Origin: the human T2T-CHM13v2.0 reference genome, Homo sapiens
DNA: 64,000 nucleotides
Direction: 5' to 3' (one strand)
NCBI RefSeq assembly: GCF_009914755.1
Contig: NC_060926.1
Below are positions 1 to 14,278 of this stretch, piece after piece. Made by a program: the position numbers and the translations under genes. Under the pieces are notes generated by a model. That model was given only the letters and a program-made list of their open reading frames with translations. It did no database searches and was not told the origin of the DNA. The first letter of the stretch is position 1. The number at the start of each line of letters is the position of its first letter.

Positions 1-139
1 CGCTTGGCTAATTTTTTGTATTTTTAGTAGAGACAGGGTTTCACCGTGTTAGGATGGTCTTGATCTCCTGACCTCGTGATCCGCCCACCACGGCCTCCCA
101 AAGTGCTGGGATTACAAGCGTGAGCCCCCACACCTGGCC
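1..139 (-). mobile_element. Alu left arm (AluY/Sc-type), cut by the window edge
   Basis: Reverse-complement Alu text ending CCTGGCC at 139. GGATGGTCTTGATCTCCTGACCTCGTGATCC is the Y/Sc-type diagnostic. Confidence 0.95.
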
Positions 140-2054
140 AGGAGTTTGATTATTAAATGCCTTGAGGTAGCCTTCTTTGGGTTAAATTTGCTTGGTGTTC
201 TATAACTTTGTACTGAAATGTTGATATCATTTTCTAGGTTTGGGAAGTTCTCTGATGTTATCCCTTTTAATAAACTTTCTACCTCTGTTTCTTTGTCTCC
301 TCTTTAAGGCCATTAATGCTTAGATTTGCCATTTTGAGGCTATTTTCTACATCTTGTAGGCATACTTTATTATTTTTTACTCTCTTTTTTTTAGTCTCCT
401 CTGTGTATTTTCAAATAGCCTGTCTTAATGCTTACTCATTCTTTCTTCTGCTTGATCAATTCTGCTATTAAGAGACTCTGACACATTCTTCAGTGTTAGT
501 TGCATTTTTCAATTTCTGTTTCCTTTTAATTATTTCAATTTCCTTGTTAAATTTATCTGACAGAATTCTGAATTCCTTCTCTGTGTTATCTTGAATTTCT
601 TTGAGTTTCCTCGAAATAGCTATTTGGAATTCTCTGTCTGAACAGTAATATATCTTTGTTTTTGCAGGATTGGTGCCTGGTGCCTTACTTAGCTCATTTG
701 GTGAGGCATGTTTTCCTGGATGGCGTTGATGCCTGTAGATGTTCTTCAGTGTCTGGGCATTGAAGAGTTAAGTATTTATTGTAGTCTTTACAGTCTAGGA
801 TTGTTTGTGTCTGTCTTTCTTGGGAAGGCATCTTAGGTATTTGAAGGGACTTGGGCCCCAACCCCAATAAAGCTGTGGTTTTTGCAGACTCATAGAGGTA
901 CCACTTTGGTGGTCTTGGATAAGGTCTGGAAGAATTATCTGGATTACTAGGCAGATAATCTTACTCTTTTCCCTTACTTTCTCACAAACGTAAAGAGTCT
1001 GTCTGTGCTGAGCCACCCTGAACTGGGTATGAAGTGATGCAAGCACCCTTGTGGCCACCAGCACTGGGACTGTGCTGGGTCAGACCTGAAGCCAACACAG
1101 ATTGGGCCTTGCCCAAGGCCCTTCCCTTTAGGGTGGCAAGGCCCCTCTGTTCAGAGTGCTATCTTGGAGCCAGGGATTAGAGTAAAAAACCTTAGCAATG
1201 TACCTGATGTTCTATTCTAATGCAGCTAAGCTGGCACTCAAACCACAATACAAACTCCTTCCTGCTTTTCCCTCCCTTTTTCTACAGGCAGAGGCACCTC
1301 TCCCTGTGGCTGTTGCCACCACTGCTCCTTGAAGGGGTTAAACCAGGCCACTGCTGATGTTTGCTTAAAGCCCAAGAGCTCTTCTGCCAGCTTGTGGTGA
1401 ATGCTGCCAGGCCTGGGACCCACCTTTCAGGGCAGTGGGCTCCCCTCTGGACCAGAGCAGGTCCAGAAATCCTTTCCCAGAGCCTAAGCCTGGACTTGGG
1501 CACCCCAAGAACCTGCTTGTTTTTCTACCCCACTGTGGCTGAGCTGGTACCTAGGGTGGAAGACAGTCTCTTTTGCTTTTACCTCTGCTTTTCTCAAATA
1601 GAAGAAATCTTTCACTGCAGCCACCACAGCTAGGCATGTGCAGAGCCATACCTGTAATCAGCACATTTCAGAGCCCAAGGCTCCTGGTACTCCCTGAGTA
1701 TTGCTGCTGGTTATTCAGTGCCCAAGGGTTCTTTAGTCGGCAGGTAATGAATCTTATTAGGAGAGGGTCCTTACCTTCAAGGCAGCAGGTTCCCTTTTGG
1801 CTCAAGGTGTCTAGAAATGTTATCCGGGAGCTAGGGCCTAGAAAGGAGGCCTCATGACTGTGTCTGGTGCTCTACCCTACTGTAGCTGAGCTGGTATCCA
1901 AGATGCATAACAAAGTTCTCTTTATTCTTCTCTCTCCTCTCTTGATTTTTGGTTCTTGTGATGGTGCTTTTCTGTGTGCATATACTTGTTAGAATTCGGT
2001 GTTCTAGTGGGGGAACGAACAGTGTAGGACTCTATTCTGCCATCTTACTCTGCC
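140..2054 (-). mobile_element. Old L1 (L1M1/L1PB-L1MA class): 5'UTR plus start of ORF1, with intact 5' terminus
   Basis: Minus strand reads AGAACACCAAGCAAATTTAACCCAAAGAAG (L1 ORF1). The element starts GGCAGAGTAAGATGGCAGAATAG at about 2054, with a YY1-type GCCATCTT at 2039-2046. The 5'UTR carries diverged ~330-bp repeats. Confidence 0.85.
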
Positions 2055-2299
2055 AATCCAGTTTTTACTCTTGAAATATACCTTAAAAGGGAAATTAGAA
2101 GAGGTGAGGTCAAGAACACAATTGCCATTTTAAACAGAAGTAACCATAGTGTTGTTTTCTTTTTTTTTTTCCCAAGATTAACTTTTTAAACCTCATGCAT
2201 GAAATACTCTGGTGTCTTTCACTTTTGGCTGCTCTTCTTTCCCTCACCTCTCATTACTATTTGTTTAAACTTAACTATATTTGTACACTATCCTCTCAT

Positions 2300-2665
2300 G
2301 TGCCTCTCCACCCCACTGAAAATGGCACCAGCACACTGCTGTCTGCTGAAATAGGTTTTCCAAGGGGACCCATGGTCCTCTATTTGCTAATATTTGTTAC
2401 CTGCCTCTTCTTTGTCCTGATCCTGCTCACTCTCATTTCCTGAGCTTCCTGGACCTGGTTCCTTATTTCTTATTAACTTGTCTCTGATCACCCCTTGAGA
2501 TTTCCCACTGGTGAGCTTCTGCAGTCATGCTCCAAAGCCCCAAGGCTCTCTTGTCCTTCATCTCATGTGGTTGTATGCTTGTACCTTGGTGAGAATGTCC
2601 ATCCTGTCAACCCCTTTCTGCAAATGACTCTTTTGCACTGATCTCATCTGCAAGCTCCACCCATT
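2300..2665 (+). mobile_element. L2 ORF2 fragment (resumes at about 4384-4490)
   Basis: Degenerate L2 text (CTGAAATAGGTTTTCCAAGGGGACCCATGGTCCTCTATTTGCTAA). It continues after the LTR as CCTTAAACTTAGCACATCTGAAACC. Confidence 0.6.
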
Positions 2666-2808
2666 TCCAGGTCTTTCCTCCAGATACACAGAGGGCACTT
2701 CCCAGCCCCCTGCTGTTAGGTTAGGTGGGACTATGTGACTAGTTCTGTCTAAGTTATGTGAGCAAAGGTTCCATGTTACACTATTAGGCCAAAGTATTTA
2801 AAACCCAG

Positions 2809-2910
2809 TTTTTGTTTGTTTGTTTGTTTTTTGAGATGGAGTCTTGCTTAGCTGCCCAGGCTGGAGTGCAGTGGCACGATCTCAGCTCACTGCAACCACC
2901 GTGTCCTGGT
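2809..2910 (-). mobile_element. Internally deleted Alu (~100 bp including tail)
   Basis: (TTTG)n tail, Alu right-arm 3' end to CTGCAACC, then ACCGTGTCCTGG resembling the Alu 5' terminus. Flanked by AAAACCCAGTTTTT / AAAAACCAGGTTTTT. Confidence 0.85.
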
Positions 2911-3235
2911 AAAAACCAGGTTTTTAAAAACTACATTTTAAAAAACTTTAAAATAGTTTTAGATTTATAAAAAACATGGTGAAGATGGTACAGAGAGTAA
3001 CCATATACCCCATACCCAGGAACTCCTCTTGCTAACATCTTACATAAATATGGTACTGGTCACAATTAATGAACCACTATTGGCATATTATTATTAACTA
3101 AAGTCCATACTTTATTCAGATTTCCTTAAATCTTACCTAATGTATTTTTTCTGTTCCAAGATCTTATCTAGGATCACATTTAGTCACTCTCTCCTTAGGC
3201 TCTTCTTGGTTGTGACAGTTTCTCAGAGTTTTCTT

Positions 3236-3940
<705 letters not shown>

Positions 3941-4630
3941 GAGTTTTCTTCATTTTTGAGAATTTACTGGTTAGGTGTTTTATAGAAAGTCCCCATGTTG
4001 GGATTTGCCTGATAATTTTCTCATGATTAGCCTGGGGGAATGTGTTTTGGGGAGGTGAAGTGCCATTCTCATCACATCATATCAAGATCACAGACTATCA
4101 ACATGGCTTATAACTGTGGATTTCAGCAGGGATCACCTGTGTCTGTCAAGAGCCTTCACTGTAAAGTGACTCACCATTTTCATGTTGTCTGGTTTTTAGG
4201 GAAGTCACTGTACCCACACCTAGAGAGTGGAGAGTTAGACTTCACCTTTTGGGGGCACAAGGTTCAATGTTGTCCATAGTCTACTTTTCCCTCATGCCAT
4301 GGGCAAGAAATCAACTTTTTTTGCTCCTGACATGGAGGTTTACTTGTTATTCCAGCACAGCGTGATCAATCCTGATTAATACATCAATTTTTCCATCTGC
4401 CTAAATGGTTGTCCCAGTGGTACCTTAAACTTAGCACATCTGAAACCAATTTTGTCAAACTCCCCATCAACTCTTCCAGACTCCCCAAGTTTCCTTTTTT
4501 TAAAATTAAATAAATCACTCTTATTCTAAATTTCCAAAATTCAGAAGCTTAATACCTCTTTAGCTTACAGAAAATAGCCCACAGTACATAACATGACTTC
4601 ATGAATAATACATTTTTCTCATTCGTATTC

Positions 4631-5146
4631 TGCATTAGTCAGAGTCCTTAGTTCTGGCAAGCAAGAGTAAATGACTGACTATACCCAATCAAGAAGAAAA
4701 GGAAGGCTACTGAGTGGCTCCTCACCAAATCAGTGGTAAGGGCAGAGAAGCTGGAGCTTAGGTGGGCTCGGAGGCAATGAAAGGATTTAGGCCACAGCCC
4801 AGAATATATGCCCCACTGGGCATCTGAAGTCAGTGCCACTGAACTTGGCAAACCTCATTGATCCTATCTTCCCCAAGCCACAGCCTCTGCTGGCCTCTTC
4901 ACTCACTGTTGCCATAAGGGATTTCTCAGATATTTCAGGCTTGCTTCATTCCTGTAAAATTCACAGACCCAAATGGTACCTCGGTGGGTCAAGCCTGGGT
5001 CACATGCCCACACTTAGTTGCTAGGGGACAGGCTACGGGGATATCTGGCTCTGCCTTCAAACATGAGCCACATATTTGAAAGTCTCCAAATTACAGAAAA
5101 AAAGTATATGGATTCTGGGGAGCACAAAAGGCACTTGTCTGCTATA
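4631..5146 (-). mobile_element. Old MaLR LTR (MLT1K/L-like)
   Basis: Starts TGCATTAGTCAGAGTCC. Internal GCCTGGGTCACATGCCCAC motif is typical of MLT1K/L. Confidence 0.6.
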
Positions 5147-5275
5147 ATCCTCATTTGACAGTTGAGATTCTTGAGAAGCAGAGGCTAAATGCCTTGTCCA
5201 AGGCCATGTGATTAGTTAATGGCAGGGCCAATTTCAGATCTCAGGAGTCCAGAATTAAAGTCTTTTCATTTTGAC
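5147..5275 (-). mobile_element. MIR
   Basis: Core ATCCTCATTTGACAGTTGAG...CTTGTCCAAGGCCA. Confidence 0.75.
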
Positions 5276-5599
5276 CTCTGTGCTAGTCTTTCCTTCCTTA
5301 TTACCCTCAGTGATAGAGCCCTATTGATGGCTCTTATAACCTGCTGTCTAAGCTAAAGCAATAGACTTCTATCTAGTTCCAAAAGTACCAGTGATTCTGT
5401 AGTTACATAGAGAATAGATTCAAACTCCATCTGATCCTATCAAGCTTCTCCACTGTCCTTGCCCCACACTCCACTCCCTTTCTCTCTCACTTCACCCTTT
5501 AGACATAGCTAGGAACTTGAACCCTTGTGTTTATAGTAGCATCTCAGGTGGTTCTTATTGAAGACTGAAAACCTAGACCTAGCTAAGTGTCACACCACA

Positions 5600-5960
5600 G
5601 CAATCACTGTTGCTTGAATGTGCCCCCAAGCTTCCATGTCTGTATACATTTTCCATTACTTGTCTGTAATGCGGAGAAAAATATTTCATATCTTTCCCTA
5701 CCTCTGACTTAAAGTCATATTATCCTCCATAAGTGCATTTTCTAGGCCACCTCCTCCAGGAAGCCTGCTCAGCGCCCAGGTGAACTGCCTCTCTTTTGCT
5801 CAGCATTCTCATGTCCCAGCCATACCACAGGCTGTGGTCAATGGTCCTTCCGCCTCCCTTGCTGCGTTTTATGCCTATGAGGAGAGAAATCTTATCTTAT
5901 TCGTTGTCTTAGCCTTTCTACATAGTAGTTGCTCAAAATGTTTTTGTTGACTTGAATTGT
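5600..5960 (+). mobile_element. L2 3' end
   Basis: CACCTCCTCCAGGAAGCCT and terminal CATAGTAGTTGCTCAAAATGTTTTTGTTGA. Confidence 0.65.
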
Positions 5961-6599
5961 ATTGAAGTAGCTAGGGATGGAACTAGGAATAATAATAATA
6001 AAAAAAAGTCACCAAACCACAGTGAAGCACAGTTGCTGTTGTTGATCCCCATGTCTTCTAAGAAGACAAAGAGGAAGTTCAATCGCAAGGCTGCATTTCA
6101 CTGTGGGTGCAGAGCCATCAGGTTCTCTCCTATTTTATCAGGAAAATGTTCACCCACAAATCCCACTCACGCACACACAAAATCATGAGGCATAAAGAAA
6201 AATTCTGGACATGCTGTCACTCCCAGGTTTGATGAGCTGCTTCACTTATGTGAGTCTGAAAAGATTCTTATTTCAGGTTTACACTTATGTCTCCATTCAT
6301 TTTGTTCTATAAATAGCCTGTCTCAAAGCCTGCTGACTGTAGTCATGTCCAGCACCCGACGCTCTTCCACCCCTGCTTCCCATAGTGACCAGAGCAGACA
6401 AGCAGGACCAACAAGGGGAACGCAGCACAGCAAGCAGCGGGGAAGCTTCTTTTATCCCAAAGGTCCATGAACCTGAGGCCCAGAGACTCTCTCTTACCAA
6501 GAAGTGTGAGGCTGGCTGGAGAAACTTAAAGACGAACTCAGACACAGAAAGTTGTTGGGCCCAAGAAACTCCACCCCTGTCCAGAAGTATGTGTAGATG

Positions 6600-8460
6600 C
6601 AGGGGGCACCAGTAAAGGAATCCACCAAGGCTCTCCCTAACCAAGAGATGCCAGTCCCCAGGCCTGGGGGAGTCTCATTTGCCCTCACAGGCAGCAGCAG
6701 GGAGCAGTGGGAGCTGCTCCATCAACACCAGGAAAACCGATGAGACCAAAATAACTCTGCCAATTCTCTACCCATTCAACACCATTAGAACTATGGCCCA
6801 CAAGACCTGTGTGCTAAGCCTAAGCAGATTGTCTGCCTGGCCTGCTAAATTAAGAGACTTAATAGGACCTACAGTCCCTCAGCATAATAGAAAAAGTGTC
6901 TAGGATACAATAAAAGATTACCCATCATTCCAGTGTCCAGGAAAATCACCAAATCGAAGGAGAAAAAAGCAATCAATGGATTCAGGTCTTGAGACTCATC
7001 AGATGTTGGAATTATTCAACAGGGATTTTGAAGCAGACATGATAAATATGCTTCAATAAGAAATTACAAATCAAAAGACAAGTGAAAATTAGAAAATCTC
7101 AGAAAGGAAGTAGAAATTATAAAAAATGAAAATGATAGAGCTGGAAATTATAAAAAGTGAAAAAAGAACTTGCTGGATAGTCTCAATAACAGAGTGCAGG
7201 TAACACAGAACATGGTCAGTGAACTTGAAAATAGATTAAAAATATTATATGAGCAGCACAGGGAAAATAGACTGAGAAAATGCACGAACAGCACCTCAGG
7301 GGACTATGAGACCATAACAAAAGATCTAAGATTCGTATCATTGATGTTCCTCAAGGAGAGAAGAAAGAAAGTGGAGCTGAAGTGTATTTGGAGGAAAAAA
7401 AGGCTGGAAACTTTTCATATTTGACAAAAGACACAAATTTTTCAATTCAGAAAGCTGTTCCAAGTAGGATACAAACAAACATATCCATGCCAAGACACAT
7501 CATAATTAAACTTTTGAAAACTAAAGATAAATTTTTAAAAATCTCAAAATTATAATCTAATTTTTCCTCCAGAAACTAGAAAAAGATTAAAGTAAACCCA
7601 AAACAAGCAGAATAAAGGCAAAAGAAACAAAAGACATAAAGATTGAAAAGAAAGATATAGAATTCTTCCTTTTTGAGGATGATTTGATTGTCTATATAGA
7701 AAACCCAAATAATCTAAAAGAAACAATTTAAAAAACCACTCTTAGAATAAGTGAGTTCAGCAAGTCTGCAGTATGTACAAAAAGCACACAAAGTTAATCA
7801 CATTTATATGTATTAACAAAGAATGTGTGGAAACTGAATTTAAATACCATTTAAAACAATACCATTTAAAATTTCTCTTAAAAAAATGAGATCCTTAGGT
7901 ATATCCTTAAGAAAACATACAGAATCTATATGCTGAAAATTACAAAATGTTGATAGAAATCAAAGAAGACATAAATGTGGAGACATAATATGTTCATGTT
8001 TTATAGACTTAACATATTGAAGATGTCAATTCCCCACAAATTGATCTATAATGTACATGGAATTCTTATTAAAATTCTGGCAAGCTTTTTCATACACCCA
8101 GACAAACTTACCTAAAATTTGTATGGAAAGGCATAGCCCCTAGAATAGCTAAAGCAAACTTGATAAAGAAGAATGAAGTGGGAGGAATCACTCTACCCAA
8201 TATTAAAGTTTACTATACAGCTACAGTCACCAAGATCATAGTGCTGATGGACTTGACACCAAAAGCACAATTCACAAAAGAAAAAGCTGATGAATTATCT
8301 CACCTGAAAAATTTAAATTTTCTCAGGTGAAGCCCATGGGAAGAGGGTGAAATGACAAGCTGCAGACTGGGAGATGACATTTGTCCAGCATGCATTCGAC
8401 AAAGGACTAGTATCTGGAACATATAAAGATCTTTCTTTATAATCCAAAAAAGGAATGGAA
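6600..8460 (+). mobile_element. Ancient L1M (L1MC/MD/ME-class): 5' region, ORF1 and deleted ORF2 pieces
   Basis: CAGATGTTGGAATTA, a coiled-coil ORF1 relic (ORF track 7170-7424), and ORF2 motifs AATAAGTGAGTTCAGCAAG and GAAGATGTCAATTCCCCACAAATTGATCTA. Confidence 0.85.
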
Positions 8461-8469
8461 AGATCTCAT

Positions 8470-8680
8470 GATCTGGACTTGAGAGACCCAGGTTCAATCC
8501 TGGCTCCTATTTCTACCTCTAATTCGTGCAGTCTGTGAGACACAGGTGAGCCTGTTAGCATTTGAGGGCATCAATCTCTGTGCTAATAAGACATGCTCAG
8601 CGACACCCCCTCACAGATCTCATTAGAAGGGTTAAATGACATAATGTGACTGCATTCAGAGTAGATATTTAATAAACCTG
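8470..8680 (+). mobile_element. MIR (degenerate)
   Basis: GAGAGACCCAGGTTCAATCCTGGCTCC; AGGGTTAAATGACATAATG. Confidence 0.55.
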
Positions 8681-8757
8681 ATTCCTGCATAGCCCTCTTT
8701 CTCTGCCTCAGCACATCCAAGCAGGCCTTTAAATGGATGTTTACAATTGTTCTCTGG

Positions 8758-8880
8758 CCATTCATTCATCCATTGATCTAGTACTTATTGATCTAGGACT
8801 GAAGCAGGCATTGTATCCAAAGCGGGGATGCAGCTGTGATCAAGAGATGTATAATTCCTGTCCTTCAGGAGATGGACGTT
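8758..8880 (-). mobile_element. L2 3' end
   Basis: CATTCATTCATCCATT...GGGGATGCAGCTGTGA...CCTGTCCTTCAGGAG. Confidence 0.65.
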
Positions 8881-10734
8881 GAACATCCAGTTCCTCAAAT
8901 CAATTCAGTTTTAATATGATGGTGGTAAGCGCTGAGCTCACCATCATCCTGGGCGTTCTCTGGGCAATGATCCTATCAGTTATACTACTCATTTACACAA
9001 TTCAGTGCCTACCCTATACTATGCTGTGGGATGTAATGGAGAAGAAAACATTTCACCATTCGTAACCACCCAGCCATATACCTCCACATTACCTTCTGCC
9101 CTTGACCATCCTTTCTCTTCTACATTGTGTAAGTTGAGGCCAACCCAAGGTACCTCCAGGGAGCACACAGGTAGGGCAAGGCCTGATAGTGCTGTGCTGA
9201 GGCCCTGGGATGTTGCAGCAGGCCTGGGCCAGACAAAGGGAGTCCAGGGAGATGAAGGGTGGTCACTGTGACCTGTCATGGGCCATCCCAGGCTCCGCAC
9301 CAAGCAAGCATTTCTGTGAGCTTTATTCACATCTGTTTTTAACCAGGGCAGGACTGTAAATCTGGAATCACGCATGCACACTAGTGTCTCTCATAAAAGG
9401 GGAAGGAAACTGTAAAGTACACTGAGAAAGCCAGGCTCGTGCTGGGAAGTCAGATTCAGCTCCTCAACCCTCTGCACATGTCAGATAGCGAATGGCCATT
9501 ATTAGTGATGTCAGCCTGTTCCAGGGGAATGATTTTTCCCTTCCCTTTCCTCTCTGCCATATTGTGGTCTCCTTCTCTACCACATTCCCATGGTCTCATT
9601 TAAGCTCAGTCTCATTCATTTATAGTTTGCTAAGTAACAACAAAAATTAAAATGACACAACATAAGGGTCCCCAGAATGTGAAAGTAAAATAAAAGTAAA
9701 AGCACAATAATGAACGTGGAATAATTATTTCCTCACTTAGGAATTAGGTATAATTTATCAAAAAGTCCCGTTAGAGGGACCGCACTTAGAGCACTGCACA
9801 AGCTTCCTGGAGCTTCCTGCTGAGCTGAGGCCAAAAGGCCCACCTTGGGCTGGAGTGGGCTCCTGAGAGACCCCCTGCAGGAAGGAGAGCCGGACAATAA
9901 AGGTAGGTGGAACAAGACACGGGGCTACCTTCCCCAAGGAAATGCATTTCCCTGAGCCTCGGCATCCTGGTTTGTAAGTGTGAAACTGTCATCTTTCTGG
10001 CTGTTGTGAGATTTTACATTTCTAAAAAATTTATTGCTGTGGAGCAGATGACAGCAGCTGTGTCCTGATATTAGCTTGAAAATACCTGCAAATACCTGAG
10101 CACCTCAGAGGAAGCCCTGTTAGCAGGCAGGCTCCTGCGGCAAGTGCCTTGCGTTCTGCCCTCCCTCCTCTCCTGCTTTGGCTTCTGGAACTGATGGGCC
10201 AGTCACCATAATTAAACACTTTGCTGGGGAGTCTTCTTGGCAATATATTGACATTCAGACACAGTTTCTGGTCTCAAAAATGAAAAGAGGGAGAGGAAAG
10301 GTGGGGCAAATCAGTTGGTGATGTCCAGCCAGTGCCTGGGCGCCTCATGCTGCCACAAATGTGCCCTGTTCCTATAACAAATCTGCCATGGGATTTCTAT
10401 TACCTCCATTCTCCAGATGAGGATGCTGAGGCTCAGTTCCCTGTGGTCATATTGCTATTAAGTATTTTCCTATAATGAATGTTTGCAAAGTATGGATTTA
10501 TAAAATCACATGTAACACAAAATAAGGTTATAAGATAACTGTACTGGCCATGAGATGCTTTCAATAATGTTGCTGGAAATAAGTACTCCAGTGTCTGAAA
10601 GGGAAGCAGCATTGTAGGTGAAGGTGTGCAGAGCTGGCCTCAAGGGAGGTGCACATTCATGTTGCCAGCAGTGTCAGGGCTTGATATAGTGGAGGTATAA
10701 TATGCTGTGGCTGTGCATCTCCCACCTGCCTTCC

Positions 10735-11170
10735 TTCCATGGGTTCCCTGGAAGCAGAGCCTGAGACATGGCCTTGGACGGACGTGGTATATTTAGGAGG
10801 GGATTCCAGGAATCAGGAGTAAGGAAGAAGGGAAAGAGAGGGGCAGAAGGAGGAGGAAGGGAGATGTAAGGATGTGTAACTGAGATAGCTGCTGAGGACT
10901 ACAGGGATGACTCTACTGCAACGCATAAGAGGTATGCAGAACGCCTTCTGGGACTGCCCCAGCCCCAGGATGCAGGAGGAGGTGGGGCACTCAGCTCTAG
11001 CCCCGATTCGCATTACCTGAGTGTTGATTCCAGTGGCAGTAACTCCCTCTGGCAGACCCAGTTGTTCACCCACCAACAGAGCTCCCAAGACTTGGGAAGA
11101 GCCTTGACAAGAAAGCAAGAGAGTATGATGCAGGAGGTGGGTTTGATCTTCCATGGAATCGTCCACTGCA
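10735..11170 (-). mobile_element. ERVL LTR (LTR33/LTR16-like)
   Basis: GGGTTCCCTGGAAGCAGAGCCTGAGAC...ATTTAGGAGGGGATTCCAGGAA resembles the recalled terminus of these LTRs. Right boundary is uncertain. Confidence 0.5.
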
Positions 11171-11989
11171 GTAAGGTCTGATGCCAGTGGGGGCTGGGGG
11201 TGTGTGGCATGGAAACAAGAAGTTCGACCTCATGGGGAAACTGAAAATTGATAAGTCCCTAAATGATGAAGACCAGGCTCCCAAGCACCACCCCTTGCCT
11301 CCTGCATCTACCAGAGTCCTTGGTATTTGATAATTGCTGTTGAACAGACTCTAGCAATGTCTCCCAGACTGCCGATTGCCAGGTAAGGGATGGAAAGCAA
11401 AATATGCTTCAAGATCCCAAAAGACAGGACTGGGATAAATGAATTGAAGTCACAGGGGAAAATTTTCTCACCAGGAGGTAATGTAAGAAGCAGTGAGTTC
11501 CTGTGTGTGCTAGGGAGGGGCTCGAGCTGGACGGTGCCGTGGTCTGGTAGGGATGTGATAGACTAGATTCCTGCACCAAGAAGAAGGGAAAGAGCATTTC
11601 TTGAGCCCTTGTGCCTGTAAATACCTATATTCTATGTGAGCCAGAAAAATAAGATCCTATACTGAAAGGCAAATAATGAAGTTAAGAGTGACTGGATTCC
11701 CACAGGAACAGCTGGATACACCCTAGTGATAGAAGAGCCGCATGGACTGCAGTTTCCATTTTTTAATTAATTATATGCTCCCTGCTGAGGACTCTGCAAC
11801 TTTGTCCTACACTGAGAGGGGAGGATGAGGGCGCTGTCATTGCTGCTGCTAGCTGAGGATGACGATGGGAAGGAGCAGGGGAATGAGGGACCCTGCACAG
11901 GTACGGGATCTTTGGGAGGCCTCCAGGCTTTGCCTACCTTACTATTCTGCCTCAGTTTCCTCATCTTATGAATTCTGACTCCTTCCATG

Positions 11990-12245
11990 GTCAGCTTAAA
12001 TGTCCTGTCCTGATGACAGCCCCCCAAAATTCTCCCAGGGATACCCCACATTCTTCCCCAGTCTCCCTATACTCTTTCTCCCTATACTTTTTTCATGTAG
12101 CTCAGATCACAATGCAAAATAGAATTCATTTCCCGTCCCATCATCTCCCTTGGCTGTGGACTTCACAGATAAGGGACTGTCTCCATCTTTTCCTCTTTGT
12201 GTTCACAGGACTTGGTATATAGGTTTTGAATAAATGACTGTGTAA
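11990..12245 (+). mobile_element. L2 3' end
   Basis: TCAGCTTAAATGTC...AGGGACTGTCT...GAATAAATGA. Confidence 0.6.
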
Positions 12246-13004
12246 GTAAACATCTCATCAAACTTTATGACCACTGAGCAAGGTGAGCAAAATAGACCAT
12301 CTTATCCAATTATACTCAGAGAGAAAACTCAGATATTGAGGTTGAACTGAGAGCCTGATCCCCTGGCAGCCCTTCTTGAGGGCTCTCTTTGAAATCAAGA
12401 TCTCCTACTGAGCTGACGCTGTTTGAGGTGGTCAGAACTGTCTGGAGCATGGGAGGCAGACTCTGTCACTGTCGTTGGAGAATTCTGTCCACTTTCTTGC
12501 ACAAAATCAGCTCAAAGGAGGTGAAGTGAAGGAAGCTACTTTCCCTGATTACAGCCATCCCAGATGCCTGTTAGGTTCAGATGCCCCATTAGGTGGCAGG
12601 AGTTAATGGGTCCTCACTGGTGCAACTCATGGCACATGGGTGCACAGACTGCGGCTGCCAGCTGCCTTTCTTCTGGAGAGACAGACCCACCAAGTATCCG
12701 TGGAGGCCAGGCCCTAGTAGCAGTGCCAAGGTAGCCTTGAGGGCATCCTGGTGCCTGCTGACAAGCATCTGTTTTTGTATGTGGCTCCTGCCATTGCCCC
12801 AGGCCAGCCGGGAGAGGAGCTATCCAGGCTGCGTCAGTATCAAGGGTATTTCTAGGCATGGATTCCTGGATGATCTGGGATGCTTTTTGCTATGGACCAC
12901 ATGGAAACTGCCAGCAATTTGCTTTCAAGTCAGCACACTGTGTCACGGGGCACAGATGTCCAGAAAGCAATTTTGTCACAACTCAAGCAATTTTGTGTAG
13001 GAGA

Positions 13005-13218
13005 GGAGACCTGGTTTCAAATTTACAGTGATCCAGATAAGCCACCACTTAGCTCCTATTACTGACACATTGCTTAACCTTGCTAGGCCCCAGTGTTCTC
13101 ATCAGTAGTGTGAGGATAACAATGTTCATATCACAGGATTGTCCATAAAACCTGGGAAGAATACATCAATGCCTCTCACGTGGTAGATATGAAGAGAATG
13201 ATAGTTCCTGCTGCTATT
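13005..13218 (+). mobile_element. MIR
   Basis: GACCTGGTTTCAAAT...CTTAACCT...CAGTGTTCTCATC...CACAGGATTGT. Confidence 0.7.
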
Positions 13219-13873
13219 TGGATACAGAACATAAACTTTAGTGAGAGTTTAACTAAAGTGTTCTAGTGGCACATAAACATACCAAGAATTACAGTACAGA
13301 AGTGATGCTTTGGGATTTCTGCCTCCAGCCAAGATAAAGTAACAGGAGCCAGATTTATCCTCCCATAAGAAACAATAACAAATGGACCAAATATATGATG
13401 TAACAGTGTTTGGGCATAAGGCCTTAAGCAAACAAGGACAGAGATCCCTGGCAACTGAAACCCAAATGTGATGAGTCCTATGATTGCTCCAGCTTACTGC
13501 CTTGAGGGAGTTGCAAGTATTGGGAGAGAGCAGGAGAACTCAGGCACAGCTTTAAGCTCCCTCCCTGAGTTGAGAAGATAGAGCTGAATTCCAGGGAGAC
13601 CAAGACAGCTGGAGTTCATCAGCCAGAGTATCAAAGAAGAGCTGCACCCAGAGAGAACCACTCATGCAGATGTTCAGCTTGATTACTCAGCAAGTGATGA
13701 ACCATATATTTATGGGAGGAAATTAGCCAAGAACAATGAAAGAATCACCCTAAAAGATTAGAGGGCACAGTACCAGCCCTCACATATGGAATAATGCCTG
13801 TTTCCACCAGCCAAACTGGAAAACTCATAATTCATGGGGCATTGAGTAGAGCACTGAGAAGGGTGTTGTCTTA

Positions 13874-14278
<405 letters not shown>

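Noticed and set aside
7843-7871. 15-bp tandem duplication AATACCATTTAAAAC (similar 19-bp imperfect duplication at 37891-37928)
   Set aside because: Ordinary slippage duplications inside decayed repeats with no further structure.
11209-11330. Protein-looking frame GNKKFDLMGKLKIDKSLNDEDQAPKHH
   Set aside because: Short, ends in a stop, has no flanking splice signals, and matches nothing I recognise.
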